Shown: positions 1 through 10,331, counted from the stretch's first letter. The stretch is DNA of 64,000 bases from a virus (IMGVR_UViG_2878893965_000005:694-64693), one strand, 5' to 3'. Translations and numbers: made by a program. Notes: generated from the sequence alone by a model not told the origin.

Positions 1-336
1 CTGTTCTATCTTGATATCGTCAGCTTTCATCTTCCCAAATACCGCCAGTAACTTTTTCTGGTGTTGCCGGTAGTCATCCTGAGTCCTAATGGCCAGTTCG
101 GTGAATGTTGGGCTGTCCAGAAACTTCGACCATAATTTCGCAAACGTCATCACATCATGACGTTTTGCCTTTTCTTCTTCATAGCGTTGCCAGATTTTAG
201 ACATGGTGGTATCACTAATTTTTCCCAATGTTATGCTGAGTTTAGTTCCCTTCGGTTTCCAGACGTAACTGTACTTATTTCTGGTAACACGTGGGGGCAG
301 TTGGTTATCTTTCGGATTCTTACGTGGTCTTCCCAT
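1..336 (-). CDS. int: Tyrosine integrase, N-terminal part (runs off the window)
   Basis: My translation: MGRPRKNPKDNQLPPRV...TQDDYRQHQKKLLAVFGKMKADDIKIEQ, typical phage integrase N-terminus; overlaps the xis 3' end. Confidence 0.85.
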   Translation of the reverse strand, partial: MGRPRKNPKDNQLPPRVTRNKYSYVWKPKGTKLSITLGKISDTTMSKIWQRYEEEKAKRHDVMTFAKLWSKFLDSPTFTELAIRTQDDYRQHQKKLLAVFGKMKADDIKIEQ

Positions 337-553
337 AAATGGCGTCGAAGTTGGGTTCAGTTTCAACATACTCGTCAACCTTTGGTAATTCAGTCGTGTT
401 TGGTGTCAGGTGTTTGCGTAAAACAATCGGTCTGTTTTTCCCATCTGTAGTAAATGGGATTCCGTGACATCGCAGTTGTCGCTGCTGGTGGGTGTAACGC
501 TGATAGCCAGTAATTTCTGCTATTTCCAAAGGTGACAATGTGAATTTATACAT
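320..553 (-). CDS. Excisionase-like protein (DUF4224-like)
   Basis: 77 aa, LSPLEIAEITGY...Q...L..HGIPF..DG..RPIV pattern; directly upstream of int. Confidence 0.7.
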   Translation of the reverse strand: MYKFTLSPLEIAEITGYQRYTHQQRQLRCHGIPFTTDGKNRPIVLRKHLTPNTTELPKVDEYVETEPNFDAIYGKTT

Positions 554-633
554 TGGTCATGTCTCCTTACTGCATGACCGCCGTCAACTATACTGTGTGA
601 CGAGCGATCGGGGTTGATTACTAATAATCAGGT

Positions 634-1050
634 TCAAAAATCAAAGGTTTGCTGCCCGCCACCTTTCAGTATTTCTATGCTTCTGGTATAGCTGTTAGCG
701 AACCCAGCCCAATGTGCGGCGCGAATAATCGCAGCCTGCTCTTTGGTAAGACACGGTTGCGGTAGTGCAGAATGCTTCCTGTGTTCTGCAACGCGTATGT
801 GTTCACCTGCTTTGTGCAGCTTCTGACACAGCGGACAAAGGTCGCGTGTATCCATCATCCGGATCTTTCCATCGAAAAATATGTTGCCATGCCATGTAGC
901 GCAGCTCCGGCATACTGGTGCGTCGCAGGTGAACATGCCACGACATTTTGTCATGAGCCCGTGTTTGTCCTCATCGGCATCCCAGCCGATGATCCCGTCA
1001 CAAAGCAGGGTGGCCGGGGCGCCGCAGAACATACAGACAGGCTTCTTCAT
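634..1050 (-). CDS. Cys-rich hypothetical protein (probable Zn binding)
   Basis: Several CxxC motifs; ATGA overlap with the methyltransferase stop supports the 1050 start. Confidence 0.65.
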   Translation of the reverse strand: MKKPVCMFCGAPATLLCDGIIGWDADEDKHGLMTKCRGMFTCDAPVCRSCATWHGNIFFDGKIRMMDTRDLCPLCQKLHKAGEHIRVAEHRKHSALPQPCLTKEQAAIIRAAHWAGFANSYTRSIEILKGGGQQTFDF

Positions 1051-3140
1051 GCTGCAATTACCTCCCCGTTGACGCACAATTCCGGCAGATTCGCACGCAC
1101 CAGCGCCTCAGCAAACTGTGGTGGCACGGCATTACCACAGCGCGCTACTTGCTTGTCCTTCGCATATTTCACACCACGAAAATCATGCTCAATGATGTAC
1201 CAGTCCGGAAATCCCTGTGCGCGGTAGAGTTCGCGCGGTTGCAGCATCCGCATTCCGATATCTACGATGCGGTAAACCACGCCGCTGACAGTGACCAGAC
1301 CAGTGCAGTCTTCTCCGCAATATTTCCGCAGGAACGACAGTACCTGTTGTGCGCGTTCTTCGTCGTACTCATCGACAGCAAGGCTGGTCTCGATATTACC
1401 TACATGCAGGCCTCCTGCTGTGACCGTCGGCATCGGCTCGTCAGTACGCTGCCCATCCCGGCAGGTGCCGCGCAATTTGACCAGGTGGGATGCGACTACA
1501 GCATGATGGTTTCCCGTTGTGACGGTGTGAGCAGGTGAATCAGCAGCGCCGCCAGCATGTCCTGTGTTATTGACCATAAGGTGCGCGGATACAACAGCGT
1601 GATGATCGACCGTTGTTATTGAGTGCGTTGGATCATCCAGTCCCACGCCCGGCCCCGTATAATTCCCTCCGTAATGTTTCGCCAGGAATGCGCTGGTGAT
1701 AGCAAACTTACCGCCGCCAGCAGTGACCGTGCCCAGCGGTTTTCCGAGCTGGAGTACGCGAGGCTGTTGGCCGGGACGTTCTCCATAGCCCATCTGAATA
1801 AGCGTGGCGGTCGTTAACTGGCTTTTCCCGCCACCGCCAGCGGTGACAGTGGCGCCCGGTTCGTCTGCCCGATGACCGATACTGGCCCCGAACTGGCGGG
1901 TAATGACCGGGGCGACCAGGCAGGCACGGGACTGCTTCAGAATGGTATGTGCGGGTTTATCCAGCGGTCTCGGTTTTGCCTGGTACTCGCTGCCACCATT
2001 ACCAGCCAGAAAAGGTGTTAATGCGGCCTCAACAATACCCAGTGCATGACCGTTTCCACCCGGTCGCGTCGATGTGCCTGCGGTGATGGTGGGCGCGGGG
2101 TCTGTGACATTTTGCCCCGTAGCGCCGGTACGGAATTTTGTAAGATGAGGGACTGCCACGGCATAACCGTGTTTTTTTGTGATTGTCTGTAGCGGTTCCT
2201 GTAAACCCTGACCGCGAAAACAGTCGTATTCACTCTTGCTGCTGGTGTGATTGCATTTCACAATGAATGGCACGATATACGGCTGTTCACTGTCGATGAC
2301 AAATCGCTGGATACCCCGCGCTATACGCCTGAGCGTATTTTCAGCCAGCGGCTTTTTGCGCCCGAAAATTGACGGTGCCGGAATTGACCAGTCAATGCAT
2401 TCTGCCGCCGTTCTCCAGGGCTTCAGGCGACCCGATTTCACCGCTTCTGATTTCGGATCGCCGTGGGTTGGTTCCGGCCATACAACCGGCTGACCGTCGC
2501 AACGCGCCACCATGAAGAACCGCTTACGGATGGTCGGCGCGCCATAATCACAGGCGCGTAATTCCCGGTATTCAACGGTATACCCCAGACCGTTGACCAG
2601 TCGCTTTGCCTGATCACTGTGAATATCGATTTCCAGAAACTCACAGCATTCCGCCAGCGCAGGATGATCCACCGGAATGCCAGTAGTTAACATGCCGATA
2701 AACGCCTCAAAAGTTTCTCCGGTACGCTCAGGATCAGGACGCATTTCCCCGGCAAGCAGTGGCCCCCACGTTCTGAACTCGCCCACGTTTTCCAGCATCA
2801 TTACCCGTGGCTTTACTTCCAGCCCCCAGCGAAGCTCGATCCATGCCAGTCCGCGAATTGATTTCTCAACAGGTTTTGCACCCTTCGCTTTGGAAAAATG
2901 GCGACAATCAGGAGAGAGCCACACCAACGCGACGGGACGGCCAGCGGTCACTATTTTGGGTTTAACGGTAAAAACCGACTCACAATAATGTAGCGTGTCG
3001 GGGTGATTAGTTGTATGCATTGCAATAGCATTCGGGTCGTGGTTGATGGCAATATCAACGCTGCGACCGATCGCCATTTCTATTCCGGTACTGGCGCCAC
3101 CACCACCAGCAAAATTATCCACAATGATTTCGTTATTCAC
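1047..3140 (-). CDS. C5 DNA cytosine methyltransferase with long repeated variable region
   Basis: Motif I FAGGGG, catalytic SPDC, ENV, R.R.F, C-terminal QGFP and GNAVPP motifs. Confidence 0.9.
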   Translation of the reverse strand: MNNEIIVDNFAGGGGASTGIEMAIGRSVDIAINHDPNAIAMHTTNHPDTLHYCESVFTVKPKIVTAGRPVALVWLSPDCRHFSKAKGAKPVEKSIRGLAWIELRWGLEVKPRVMMLENVGEFRTWGPLLAGEMRPDPERTGETFEAFIGMLTTGIPVDHPALAECCEFLEIDIHSDQAKRLVNGLGYTVEYRELRACDYGAPTIRKRFFMVARCDGQPVVWPEPTHGDPKSEAVKSGRLKPWRTAAECIDWSIPAPSIFGRKKPLAENTLRRIARGIQRFVIDSEQPYIVPFIVKCNHTSSKSEYDCFRGQGLQEPLQTITKKHGYAVAVPHLTKFRTGATGQNVTDPAPTITAGTSTRPGGNGHALGIVEAALTPFLAGNGGSEYQAKPRPLDKPAHTILKQSRACLVAPVITRQFGASIGHRADEPGATVTAGGGGKSQLTTATLIQMGYGERPGQQPRVLQLGKPLGTVTAGGGKFAITSAFLAKHYGGNYTGPGVGLDDPTHSITTVDHHAVVSAHLMVNNTGHAGGAADSPAHTVTTGNHHAVVASHLVKLRGTCRDGQRTDEPMPTVTAGGLHVGNIETSLAVDEYDEERAQQVLSFLRKYCGEDCTGLVTVSGVVYRIVDIGMRMLQPRELYRAQGFPDWYIIEHDFRGVKYAKDKQVARCGNAVPPQFAEALVRANLPELCVNGEVIAA

Positions 3141-3394
3141 GCGTATTTCTCCATTTCCTTACACAACACCTCAGCGGCGGTAACAATTGACGGGACAGGC
3201 AGGTGTTCCAGCCACATACGGTTAATGTGGTGCTTCAGTCTGTGCTGGTGATGTACTGGCAAATCTCCGGCCCCTTCAGTACGGGAAAAAATAAGCTCCA
3301 CCTCAGCAGGCCAGATGGTTTCCGGAATTGCCGGCAGCAGCATATTTTCCAGTTCGACGATGCGGTTTAAGGCGTAACACAATATTTTTTCCAC
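3137..3394 (-). CDS. Conserved phage hypothetical protein
   Basis: 85-aa ORF translationally coupled to the methyltransferase. Confidence 0.65.
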   Translation of the reverse strand: MEKILCYALNRIVELENMLLPAIPETIWPAEVELIFSRTEGAGDLPVHHQHRLKHHINRMWLEHLPVPSIVTAAEVLCKEMEKYA

Positions 3395-3540
3395 GCTGTT
3401 TTCCTGTTTTCAGGCTGCACGAATCCCGCCGCGTGAGCGGTGTTTAAAAGCGTTTTTACCGTTAATTAATTATTCAGATGCGCGTTATTGCATATGCAAA
3501 TGCCCACGCTATCCGACATATAAAAATGAGTCAGGCCAGT

Positions 3541-3948
3541 TCATCTGTTATTTCCCTCCGGTTTTGGTGCAACATCCACCATCGCGCAATATATTTCCCG
3601 ATACTGAACACAGAATGCGGTTGGATCTTTACTGTCGAAAACCACATCATCACATTCCATCGCCGCCGCTATCATTTCGTCAGTTGGTTCGATGGGCACC
3701 ATAACCCAACCAGCCTGAAGCATGATTTGCTCATATTCGGAAATCTGCGGATCTACTGGTTGTGACAGATCGGGGTAAGTGCGTATCAATCCGCTATCTC
3801 GCAATGCTCTGATTACCGACTGAACAACACGCACACCGTTATCACCTGTTGTGTCCTCAACCAGTTCACGTAGAGCGTTATCAACGTAAGAATCATCGGA
3901 TAACTTTTCGCATGTCTGCCAATCATCCGGAATGCTCACTATGGTCAT
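3541..3948 (-). CDS. Eaa-like phage protein
   Basis: GWVMVPIEPTDEMIAAA...Y.AM...AP motif typical of lambdoid Ea/Eaa accessory proteins. Confidence 0.6.
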   Translation of the reverse strand: MTIVSIPDDWQTCEKLSDDSYVDNALRELVEDTTGDNGVRVVQSVIRALRDSGLIRTYPDLSQPVDPQISEYEQIMLQAGWVMVPIEPTDEMIAAAMECDDVVFDSKDPTAFCVQYREIYCAMVDVAPKPEGNNR

Positions 3949-4148
3949 GCTGCACCGCCTTCAATTGGTTTAATGCTTTCCAGCTTCAGTCGGCGCTTTG
4001 TGAGCGGTGCGCCTACACGACACCCGGTAAATTTGTCGTATGTCTCGCGGGGTCCGACACACCAGGTTGTTGCTGTCTCACGTATTTTTACTGTTTTTTC
4101 ACCGTCTTTGGTGACGATGACGCCAGTATGAGTTTTAGGCTTGCTCAT
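3945..4148 (-). CDS. Hypothetical phage protein
   Basis: 67 aa, coupled overlaps on both sides. Confidence 0.6.
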   Translation of the reverse strand: MSKPKTHTGVIVTKDGEKTVKIRETATTWCVGPRETYDKFTGCRVGAPLTKRRLKLESIKPIEGGAA

Positions 4149-4453
4149 TAGCCAACCCTCCTGTCGAAATAGACATACTGGTTAACCATGCCGAGTGGCA
4201 TTCCCAGCATTTCGGCAATATCCCGGCGACGGGCACCTTTGTTATGCAGTTCCCGCGCCATCTCGACATTGCAACCTGGATATTTAACTGACTGGTGATA
4301 GTCCCCTCGCAGGCGCAAACTGATATGTAACTCCCGTGCTTTTGCACGTACAGCGCCGTCTGTTCTGCCAATCAGTCGGCCAATATCTGCTACCCGTATT
4401 GTTCCGGCACACTGGCGAACAATCAGTATTTCGGCTCGCTTCCATTTATTCAT
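4148..4453 (-). CDS. HTH-containing hypothetical protein
   Basis: Two HTH-like segments (IGRLIGRTDGAVR, IAEMLGMPLGMV). Confidence 0.6.
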   Translation of the reverse strand: MNKWKRAEILIVRQCAGTIRVADIGRLIGRTDGAVRAKARELHISLRLRGDYHQSVKYPGCNVEMARELHNKGARRRDIAEMLGMPLGMVNQYVYFDRRVG

Positions 4454-4488
4454 CGTTATTTCAGGCGGCCAGTGACCGCCAGTCTCCG

Positions 4489-5586
4489 TTATGCAGTGAT
4501 GTATTCTGGTTTCATATCGTTGAGATTGATGCGGTACTTATCGTAGAGTTTGTCGCCTAAATGACGCTTTGCCATTGTGAGAGCCTTTTCAACTGCTTTG
4601 AAACATGCAGTTGCTTCTGGTGCATCTGGTTGCGGAAGAGAATTAATAGCTGTCTCAACCAGATCACGATGCTTAACCATGTGATAGCGGCGGGTGGCCT
4701 TATTTTTTAGTTCGGTATGGAGGGCCGTACCAAGAAGAGGCTTAGCCTCGTTTATGCTGTTGCCGACGGCGGTTGCCGATTCCAGTGTATTTGCTGAATC
4801 AATGCGATTACGTAACTCATCAGCCATGGCTTCAACTTTGGTAGCCGCTTCCTGTGTGCTAGCTGTAGTTGATACACTCTCAGAATTAATGTCCTGCATG
4901 GTGATGTTTTGAGTACCCTGGTCGGGATTGATAATCTTTTCTTGTCGCTCTTCAAGTTCATCTGGTGTGTAAACGCCAAGAATAACGTCAGGGCAGTACA
5001 GGCGAGCCCAGCGCTTCACTGCAAGGTAGGCCAGTTGCTGACGGGGATCTGATGCCCATAGTGTTGAATTTCGTACCTGAGCCTGAGAGAGCATCAGAAT
5101 AAGTTCTCGTGGCTCACTCTCACCCTTCAGCGTGGCATAAGCGCGTACGCCAACTCCTTTTTCATCGTTCAGACTCCAGCCCGGAGCAATATATTTATTT
5201 CCTTTGGAGCTGGTTTTCTCCACGAAACGCCCTACGATATTTTCCCAGGCACCAAACCATTCAAAATGAATGCGATCTTTAGTAGGGGCCATGCTGTTAA
5301 CAACAGCGTTAACCAGTTGAGCCTCATAACCCAGGACGCCGGAGTCTCCCACGATAAAAGTTTTCTGTGCGACAGCGAACGGGTCCATGCCCCAGCGTGC
5401 AGCCTGCATCACGACCGCCATGCAGGAGTCTGGTTTACCGCGAAAGTGAGCAGGGACAAAATTACCGCTGTTAGCCATGACCTCTGAAAGCGTACGCAGG
5501 CGGTTAAACAGTTCGCCATTTGTCAGGATAGAAACATTGTCTATTTTCTGTGTCTGATTATCAGTTGTAGCTATTGAAGTGGACAT
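4489..5586 (-). CDS. recT: RecT-family single-strand annealing protein
   Basis: Downstream of RecE; WGMDPF.VAQKT, W..DP.QQL.Y.A.K.WAR motifs. Confidence 0.85.
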   Translation of the reverse strand: MSTSIATTDNQTQKIDNVSILTNGELFNRLRTLSEVMANSGNFVPAHFRGKPDSCMAVVMQAARWGMDPFAVAQKTFIVGDSGVLGYEAQLVNAVVNSMAPTKDRIHFEWFGAWENIVGRFVEKTSSKGNKYIAPGWSLNDEKGVGVRAYATLKGESEPRELILMLSQAQVRNSTLWASDPRQQLAYLAVKRWARLYCPDVILGVYTPDELEERQEKIINPDQGTQNITMQDINSESVSTTASTQEAATKVEAMADELRNRIDSANTLESATAVGNSINEAKPLLGTALHTELKNKATRRYHMVKHRDLVETAINSLPQPDAPEATACFKAVEKALTMAKRHLGDKLYDKYRINLNDMKPEYITA

Positions 5587-5598
5587 TTTTGTTTCCCC

Positions 5599-8500
5599 TT
5601 ATGCCATTTCACGCAGCGCATCGAGGCGGCGCAGGTCGTAATCGTTCAGCTCGTCGGTGTAGTCAGCGGTGACTGGCGCAGGCCATTCGTCTGTATCCAT
5701 AGCGTTGGCGATAGCGCGAATGGTCCGGTGATACTCAAGTTTTCCGAGTTCCAGTAGTGATTCAGAAGCCCATACCACGGCTACCCAGTGATAGCCCTCG
5801 TCTTTGTTCACGAAGATCCACGCGAATTTGTCCAGGTCGGCAACGTTGCAGTACATACCGGCGCTGAGGTGGTAATCTCGCATCGTTATTTCACGGTGAA
5901 GCCGTGATTTCAGGGCATCTTCCTTTACATCCCACATGCTGATTGTTTTCAGGTCGAAGCCGATGCGCAGCCCTTCATACTCGAGTTCAACGTCCGGGCG
6001 AACACGGATTTCCAGCCCTGTGTCGTCATCGATGCCGAAGTAGCTGACTTCGACGGCACGTGTGGGGTTCTGTAGTAATTTTCCAGCCTCCGGATGAGCG
6101 TAGAGAGCCGACTGGATAGCCAGCGCGGTTGCATATTGCTGGCGGGTAACCAGGATTTTGTCTCCGGGGTTTTCGCGCCATGCCTCAAGCAGCTCGTCGA
6201 CGAAGACCGTTTCAGGGCTGACTGATTTCACTGCCTGAATCAAATCTGCTTTGGCGCCGGATACTTTCAGCGGCTGGGGCTTCTGTGCTTCCTGCGCAAC
6301 GAGATCAGGATTGATGATTGCCAGTTGTTCAAGAAGCGTGTCGCGGCTGCCGCTGGTTTTCATCTGCGGCGGCAGGGTGGCGTTATACTCTTTGATACAG
6401 GCCTTCATTTTAGCTGCCGTGACTTTTTGTCCTTCTTCCACGCGCTGGAATTCAGGAGGTAGCGACATGTAGCTTTCACCCGTCTGAGCAACGTCATCGC
6501 CTAATGGAACAGGCTGTGGTAGGGTGGCGTTATATTCATCAAGGTATCTTTTGATATCGTCCGCGCTGAGAATCACCGGCAGACCGTTATTGTAATCATC
6601 AATAACAGCGCGGATAGTCGCTGTCGTCGTGAGCGCACCTTCCGGGATTTCAGGCTCAATACTGAACTCTTCATCCAGAATTTCAGGCTGTAAGGCCAGT
6701 GCATGCACCAGATTCCCCATATCCAGTACTTTTGAACGTTCTTTTTTGATGGTTTTAGATACGTGGCGACCTTCGTAATACATCAGGCTTACCCGTGCAT
6801 CTTTTACCATTGTTGAACTGATACCGTTGGCCGCATGATAAATATCGTTCGGAACGCCTTCATAACGGCCCGGCTCGAAGTATTCCGGCCAGATGTATTG
6901 CTGTACTGGCTCTGTTTCCGGCATTTCTGGTTCGCTGACGGCGGTTTCCACTACCCGTTTTTCGCCATGAATTGATGAATCTTGCAGCAGTGCAGTAACG
7001 TCGAAAATACCATCCGCCACTTTCGTTACCATTTCCGGTTTATTGGTCCGCGGGCTTGTCTCTGTCTTCACCCACTTCGGATCGTTCGGGTCGCTGATGC
7101 CTTCGACATATTCACCGCGCGCGGCTGCAAGTTGTTTACCAACATCAACCGGGTTTTTGGGTGGAATGTTTTTACGTGCTTCGTGCAGTTCTGCCCGTAT
7201 TTTCTGGTAGCCTGCTTCTGTCTGGCTTACAGGTGGCTCATTCTCCAGCGGCAGCGGGTCCGGATGATGTTCAGTTGTGTCCTGTTCCACTGCTTCAGGC
7301 GTTGCTGGTTCATCTGCCAGTTCGCCTGCCGGTTGCGGTTTTTCTTCATCACACTGAAATCTCCCTGCCTCAATATCCCGCAGACATTTGCCCGCCTGAC
7401 GAAGCCTTGCTGCATTTTCTTCATGGGTTGTTGGTGCTTCGTCTGGTACATATTCGTACCAGTCCGGATCGCGAACACCATGAACCGCAAGAAAACTTTC
7501 ACACCAGGCGCGGCGCAGCTCCGGACTGCCGCTATGAACGGCAGCGGGGGCTTTGCGTACCAGGTCAATAATGGTCTGACGGTCAAATTCTTTGATATCG
7601 GGAATAATGTCCACTGTAGCCGACATGCGTTTCCAGTCTTCACGGTCTTCGGCAATAATACGTTTTGCAAAATCCATTGCAGGCCGCAGGCTATTCAGAT
7701 CCAAATCTTCATAGAAACCACAGGCGAGTTCATAGTTAATCGTCCTGAATGTTGGTTTTTCGCTACGGCACGGACGGGCAGACTCGATCGCCTCAACGAC
7801 TTTGGTTTTCTGTGGTTCTGGAGCGTCGTTAGCTGTCGGTTTGATGATGCACGATACGCGATTGCCGTTTTGCCACTCTTTGACCAGCAGGCCGCGGTCG
7901 ATGTAATCAGTATCAAGCCAGGCTTTGGTGAACTCCCTGACGTGCTGAATACCAGGGCGTTTATTTTCAGGAAATACCTTTTCGATATCGCGGGCGTAAC
8001 AATGAACATCCCGCATTTCAAGCTTATCCAGCCTTGAGGCAATCTCTTTGTCTGATAATGCCAGCTCGATATCGGCCATATAGCCGGCAGGGTCCATTAA
8101 TTCGGCATTGATCTCCTGGAGTCGCCAGATTGCCACATCAGTCACACACTGTGGCTGCTTCCAGTTCGCCCTGAAGCGCACCGCAAAACTTTTCCCTGAG
8201 ACAGATTGCGTCATATCTTTCTCAACTTCTGACATCAGTTCGCCGTTGACGTTATAAGCGTAAGCGGGGAGGGGAACAGTATCGCCAGTAACATTATCGC
8301 CAGCTTCAGTGTCTGTATTGTCGGCGGTGCTGGTATAGGGCGTTTCCACTGGTTTTTCGTGGAACTGGTCGGCAGGAACTGCGCCGGGGATCTGCATCAT
8401 AGTAATTCCGTCGTCACCGCCTTTTTCGTAACGGTTGCAGAATTCAGTATCAAATACGCCTTCAGGGGGCAGATCGTTAACGACGGGGAAATTGACACGA

Positions 8501-8685
8501 ACGGGTTTTTTAAAGTCGTCCTCGTCATAACCCTTATCGTCCATTGCTGCGATACAACGGGAAACAGCTACTGACAGTTTTTTTACTGTAACCCAGAAGA
8601 AGCCCGCTTTTATTCCAAGTCTTTTTCTGGCTTCTTCATTTTTAACAGGGCAGTACAGTGCAAAATCTTCTTTTTTGTCACTCAT
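5599..8685 (-). CDS. recE: RecE / exonuclease VIII
   Basis: 1028 aa; C-terminal nuclease region (YHA.NGISS, RPD, DLKT, Y..SA..Y). Confidence 0.9.
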   Translation of the reverse strand: MSDKKEDFALYCPVKNEEARKRLGIKAGFFWVTVKKLSVAVSRCIAAMDDKGYDEDDFKKPVRVNFPVVNDLPPEGVFDTEFCNRYEKGGDDGITMMQIPGAVPADQFHEKPVETPYTSTADNTDTEAGDNVTGDTVPLPAYAYNVNGELMSEVEKDMTQSVSGKSFAVRFRANWKQPQCVTDVAIWRLQEINAELMDPAGYMADIELALSDKEIASRLDKLEMRDVHCYARDIEKVFPENKRPGIQHVREFTKAWLDTDYIDRGLLVKEWQNGNRVSCIIKPTANDAPEPQKTKVVEAIESARPCRSEKPTFRTINYELACGFYEDLDLNSLRPAMDFAKRIIAEDREDWKRMSATVDIIPDIKEFDRQTIIDLVRKAPAAVHSGSPELRRAWCESFLAVHGVRDPDWYEYVPDEAPTTHEENAARLRQAGKCLRDIEAGRFQCDEEKPQPAGELADEPATPEAVEQDTTEHHPDPLPLENEPPVSQTEAGYQKIRAELHEARKNIPPKNPVDVGKQLAAARGEYVEGISDPNDPKWVKTETSPRTNKPEMVTKVADGIFDVTALLQDSSIHGEKRVVETAVSEPEMPETEPVQQYIWPEYFEPGRYEGVPNDIYHAANGISSTMVKDARVSLMYYEGRHVSKTIKKERSKVLDMGNLVHALALQPEILDEEFSIEPEIPEGALTTTATIRAVIDDYNNGLPVILSADDIKRYLDEYNATLPQPVPLGDDVAQTGESYMSLPPEFQRVEEGQKVTAAKMKACIKEYNATLPPQMKTSGSRDTLLEQLAIINPDLVAQEAQKPQPLKVSGAKADLIQAVKSVSPETVFVDELLEAWRENPGDKILVTRQQYATALAIQSALYAHPEAGKLLQNPTRAVEVSYFGIDDDTGLEIRVRPDVELEYEGLRIGFDLKTISMWDVKEDALKSRLHREITMRDYHLSAGMYCNVADLDKFAWIFVNKDEGYHWVAVVWASESLLELGKLEYHRTIRAIANAMDTDEWPAPVTADYTDELNDYDLRRLDALREMA

Positions 8686-8827
8686 TGTTTTTTAACCCCA
8701 ATTAAGATTAAAATTATTGAAGACAGTGAACGTCCCTCTACGAATGCTCACTGGGTATATCTCTGTTGGTAAGGCTGGCCGCCTGCCTCAGCATCGCCGG
8801 GATGTAAAACCGGGGAATTGCCTGCAT

Positions 8828-9169
8828 TTAATGCAGGCTTTTTTCCTCTGAATCTGAATCCTCAGACATTGCCCGAACTAATTCACAGGCGGCGGCCATT
8901 TCTGCCATCGCGTGGATAGCTTTTTTAGGGACCTCCTTCATTCTGAGCATCATGACTGCGGCTGCTATCGTGGAGTTCCATGCTCCTTTTTTTTCATCTG
9001 CATATGCTGTTATGGATTTGTTTGTTGAATAGCCATCTTCGTTTCTGCTTAACTCGTATGAGTAACCAATAACAACTGGCATATTATTTTCAACACATAT
9101 CTGAAATATACGGGTAGTGAGCTTTTTGAGTTCCTGTAATACAGATTCTTCAGGTATTTTATTTTTCAT
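8828..9169 (-). CDS. Hypothetical protein, paralog of 15972-16310
   Basis: Shared ..C.VEN..P.VI motif; RBS present. Confidence 0.65.
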   Translation of the reverse strand: MKNKIPEESVLQELKKLTTRIFQICVENNMPVVIGYSYELSRNEDGYSTNKSITAYADEKKGAWNSTIAAAVMMLRMKEVPKKAIHAMAEMAAACELVRAMSEDSDSEEKSLH

Positions 9170-9247
9170 TTCCGTTTCCTTTTTCAGGTTGAGTGAAGCC
9201 CTGCCATTGCTGGCATGTTTTCATGGTTTAAATATATTGGTCAGTAA

Positions 9248-9412
9248 TTAAAGTTCATGTGCCATCTGGTCATGCTCGGCGCATTGTTCACTACAATATT
9301 TTCTGTTTTCGGTTGTATAGATAACACCCCGCATAAACGTAAGTGGCTTGTTTATACCTTCTTTTTCTTCGAACTCTTTATTACAAAGATGATAGGCGCA
9401 TTTGATTTTCAT
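9248..9412 (-). CDS. ydaE: YdaE-family small Zn-finger protein (54 aa, below ORF-track cutoff)
   Basis: MKIKCAYHLCNKEFEE...RKYCSEQCAEHDQMAHEL; same position as Rac ydaE, coupled to kil. Confidence 0.8.
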   Translation of the reverse strand: MKIKCAYHLCNKEFEEKEGINKPLTFMRGVIYTTENRKYCSEQCAEHDQMAHEL

Positions 9413-9633
9413 ATGTCACCATTACGCATGAGTGGTTTACCATACTGATTGAGATAAACCTCAATTTCATCGCTTCTAATCAGGGTCTTCTCGTAAACAT
9501 TATTAATGTACAATCCCTTAGTGACATTTGCTGACGCGAGATAAGTACGGTCTTTATATTTTACAAATGCGCCTGGTTTAACATCCTTGCGGGGAATATT
9601 ATCGGTTCCATAGTGATGGGTAATCATAATCAA
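9409..9633 (-). CDS. kilR: KilR-family FtsZ / cell-division inhibitor
   Basis: MITHHYGTDNIPR..V.PG..V....RTY.ASAN resembles Rac KilR. Confidence 0.75.
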   Translation of the reverse strand: MIMITHHYGTDNIPRKDVKPGAFVKYKDRTYLASANVTKGLYINNVYEKTLIRSDEIEVYLNQYGKPLMRNGDI

Positions 9634-9651
9634 CCCTCCTGACGTTCTGCA

Positions 9652-10194
9652 TTATTTCAACGAAACTAATTGCTCAACGGTCATCTTCCGTATATCGTCG
9701 CGATGAATAACCAGCCAGCCGTTTTTCTCCATCCAGAATTTAAACTGACTGATAGTTGTCACCACTGCATCATCTGATACTCGTTCGGTAGATGTAACAT
9801 TTCCGGCTTCATCAAAGTGGACAACAACAGTGCGGGAGTCCCCCTTGATTAAGCGGCCTGACGAAAGGCGCAGTTCGTTTTCCATCCGGTCGAACTCGGC
9901 AATGTAAGCCTCTTTGAACGCGGCGGCTCTTTTGCCTGTGAAGCCCATCACCAGAAAAACGAAGCCGTTTTTGGTGATCTGGTACATCGGGAGCTTGCGT
10001 CCGGTTGAGTCTGTGTATTCACTGGGCTTAAAATTAAGCTCAGTGAATTGAGAGGAACATTCCAGCATTTCGATTTTTTGAATGACGTTTTTGTGCAGCT
10101 TGCCGAAAAATTCAGCAACCGCAACAGACGTAGTGACGGCGCGACCATTTTCAACGGTCACTTGAGGGTGAGAAAGGGCAGGGATAGTAGCCAT
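9652..10194 (-). CDS. Rha-family regulator (antirepressor-like) 1; in-frame Ash-type leader extends to 10497
   Basis: TTS..VAE.FGK.H..V...I and Y..TK.GF..LVMGFTG.KA..FKE.YI..F..ME motifs; RBS GAGGA before ATG 10194. Confidence 0.85.
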   Translation of the reverse strand: MATIPALSHPQVTVENGRAVTTSVAVAEFFGKLHKNVIQKIEMLECSSQFTELNFKPSEYTDSTGRKLPMYQITKNGFVFLVMGFTGKRAAAFKEAYIAEFDRMENELRLSSGRLIKGDSRTVVVHFDEAGNVTSTERVSDDAVVTTISQFKFWMEKNGWLVIHRDDIRKMTVEQLVSLK

Positions 10195-10251
10195 GATGGC
10201 ATCCTCTATGGTCAGTTTTATAAACTCACCACGTGAGGTTCCAAACTCATA

Positions 10252-10331
10252 GGTGGTGAGACGTACAGGGTTGGAACTACCGGCGACCATAGGAACCGGC
10301 CAGCCTTGCGGCTGCCCTGCACGCCCCACCA
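10252..10331 (-). ncRNA. C4/CI-type antisense RNA (Ash-associated) 1
   Basis: Closing stem, GCAA-tetraloop hairpin and second hairpin; its CUAUGGUC and GUUCCAA segments complement sites both upstream (10389-10412) and downstream (10206-10244). Confidence 0.7.

Noticed and set aside
6982-8037. 351-aa plus-strand ORF and other long antisense ORFs (e.g. 38667-39410, 15375-16037)
   Set aside because: Shadow frames of recE, the tail fibre and other real genes; no recognisable motifs.
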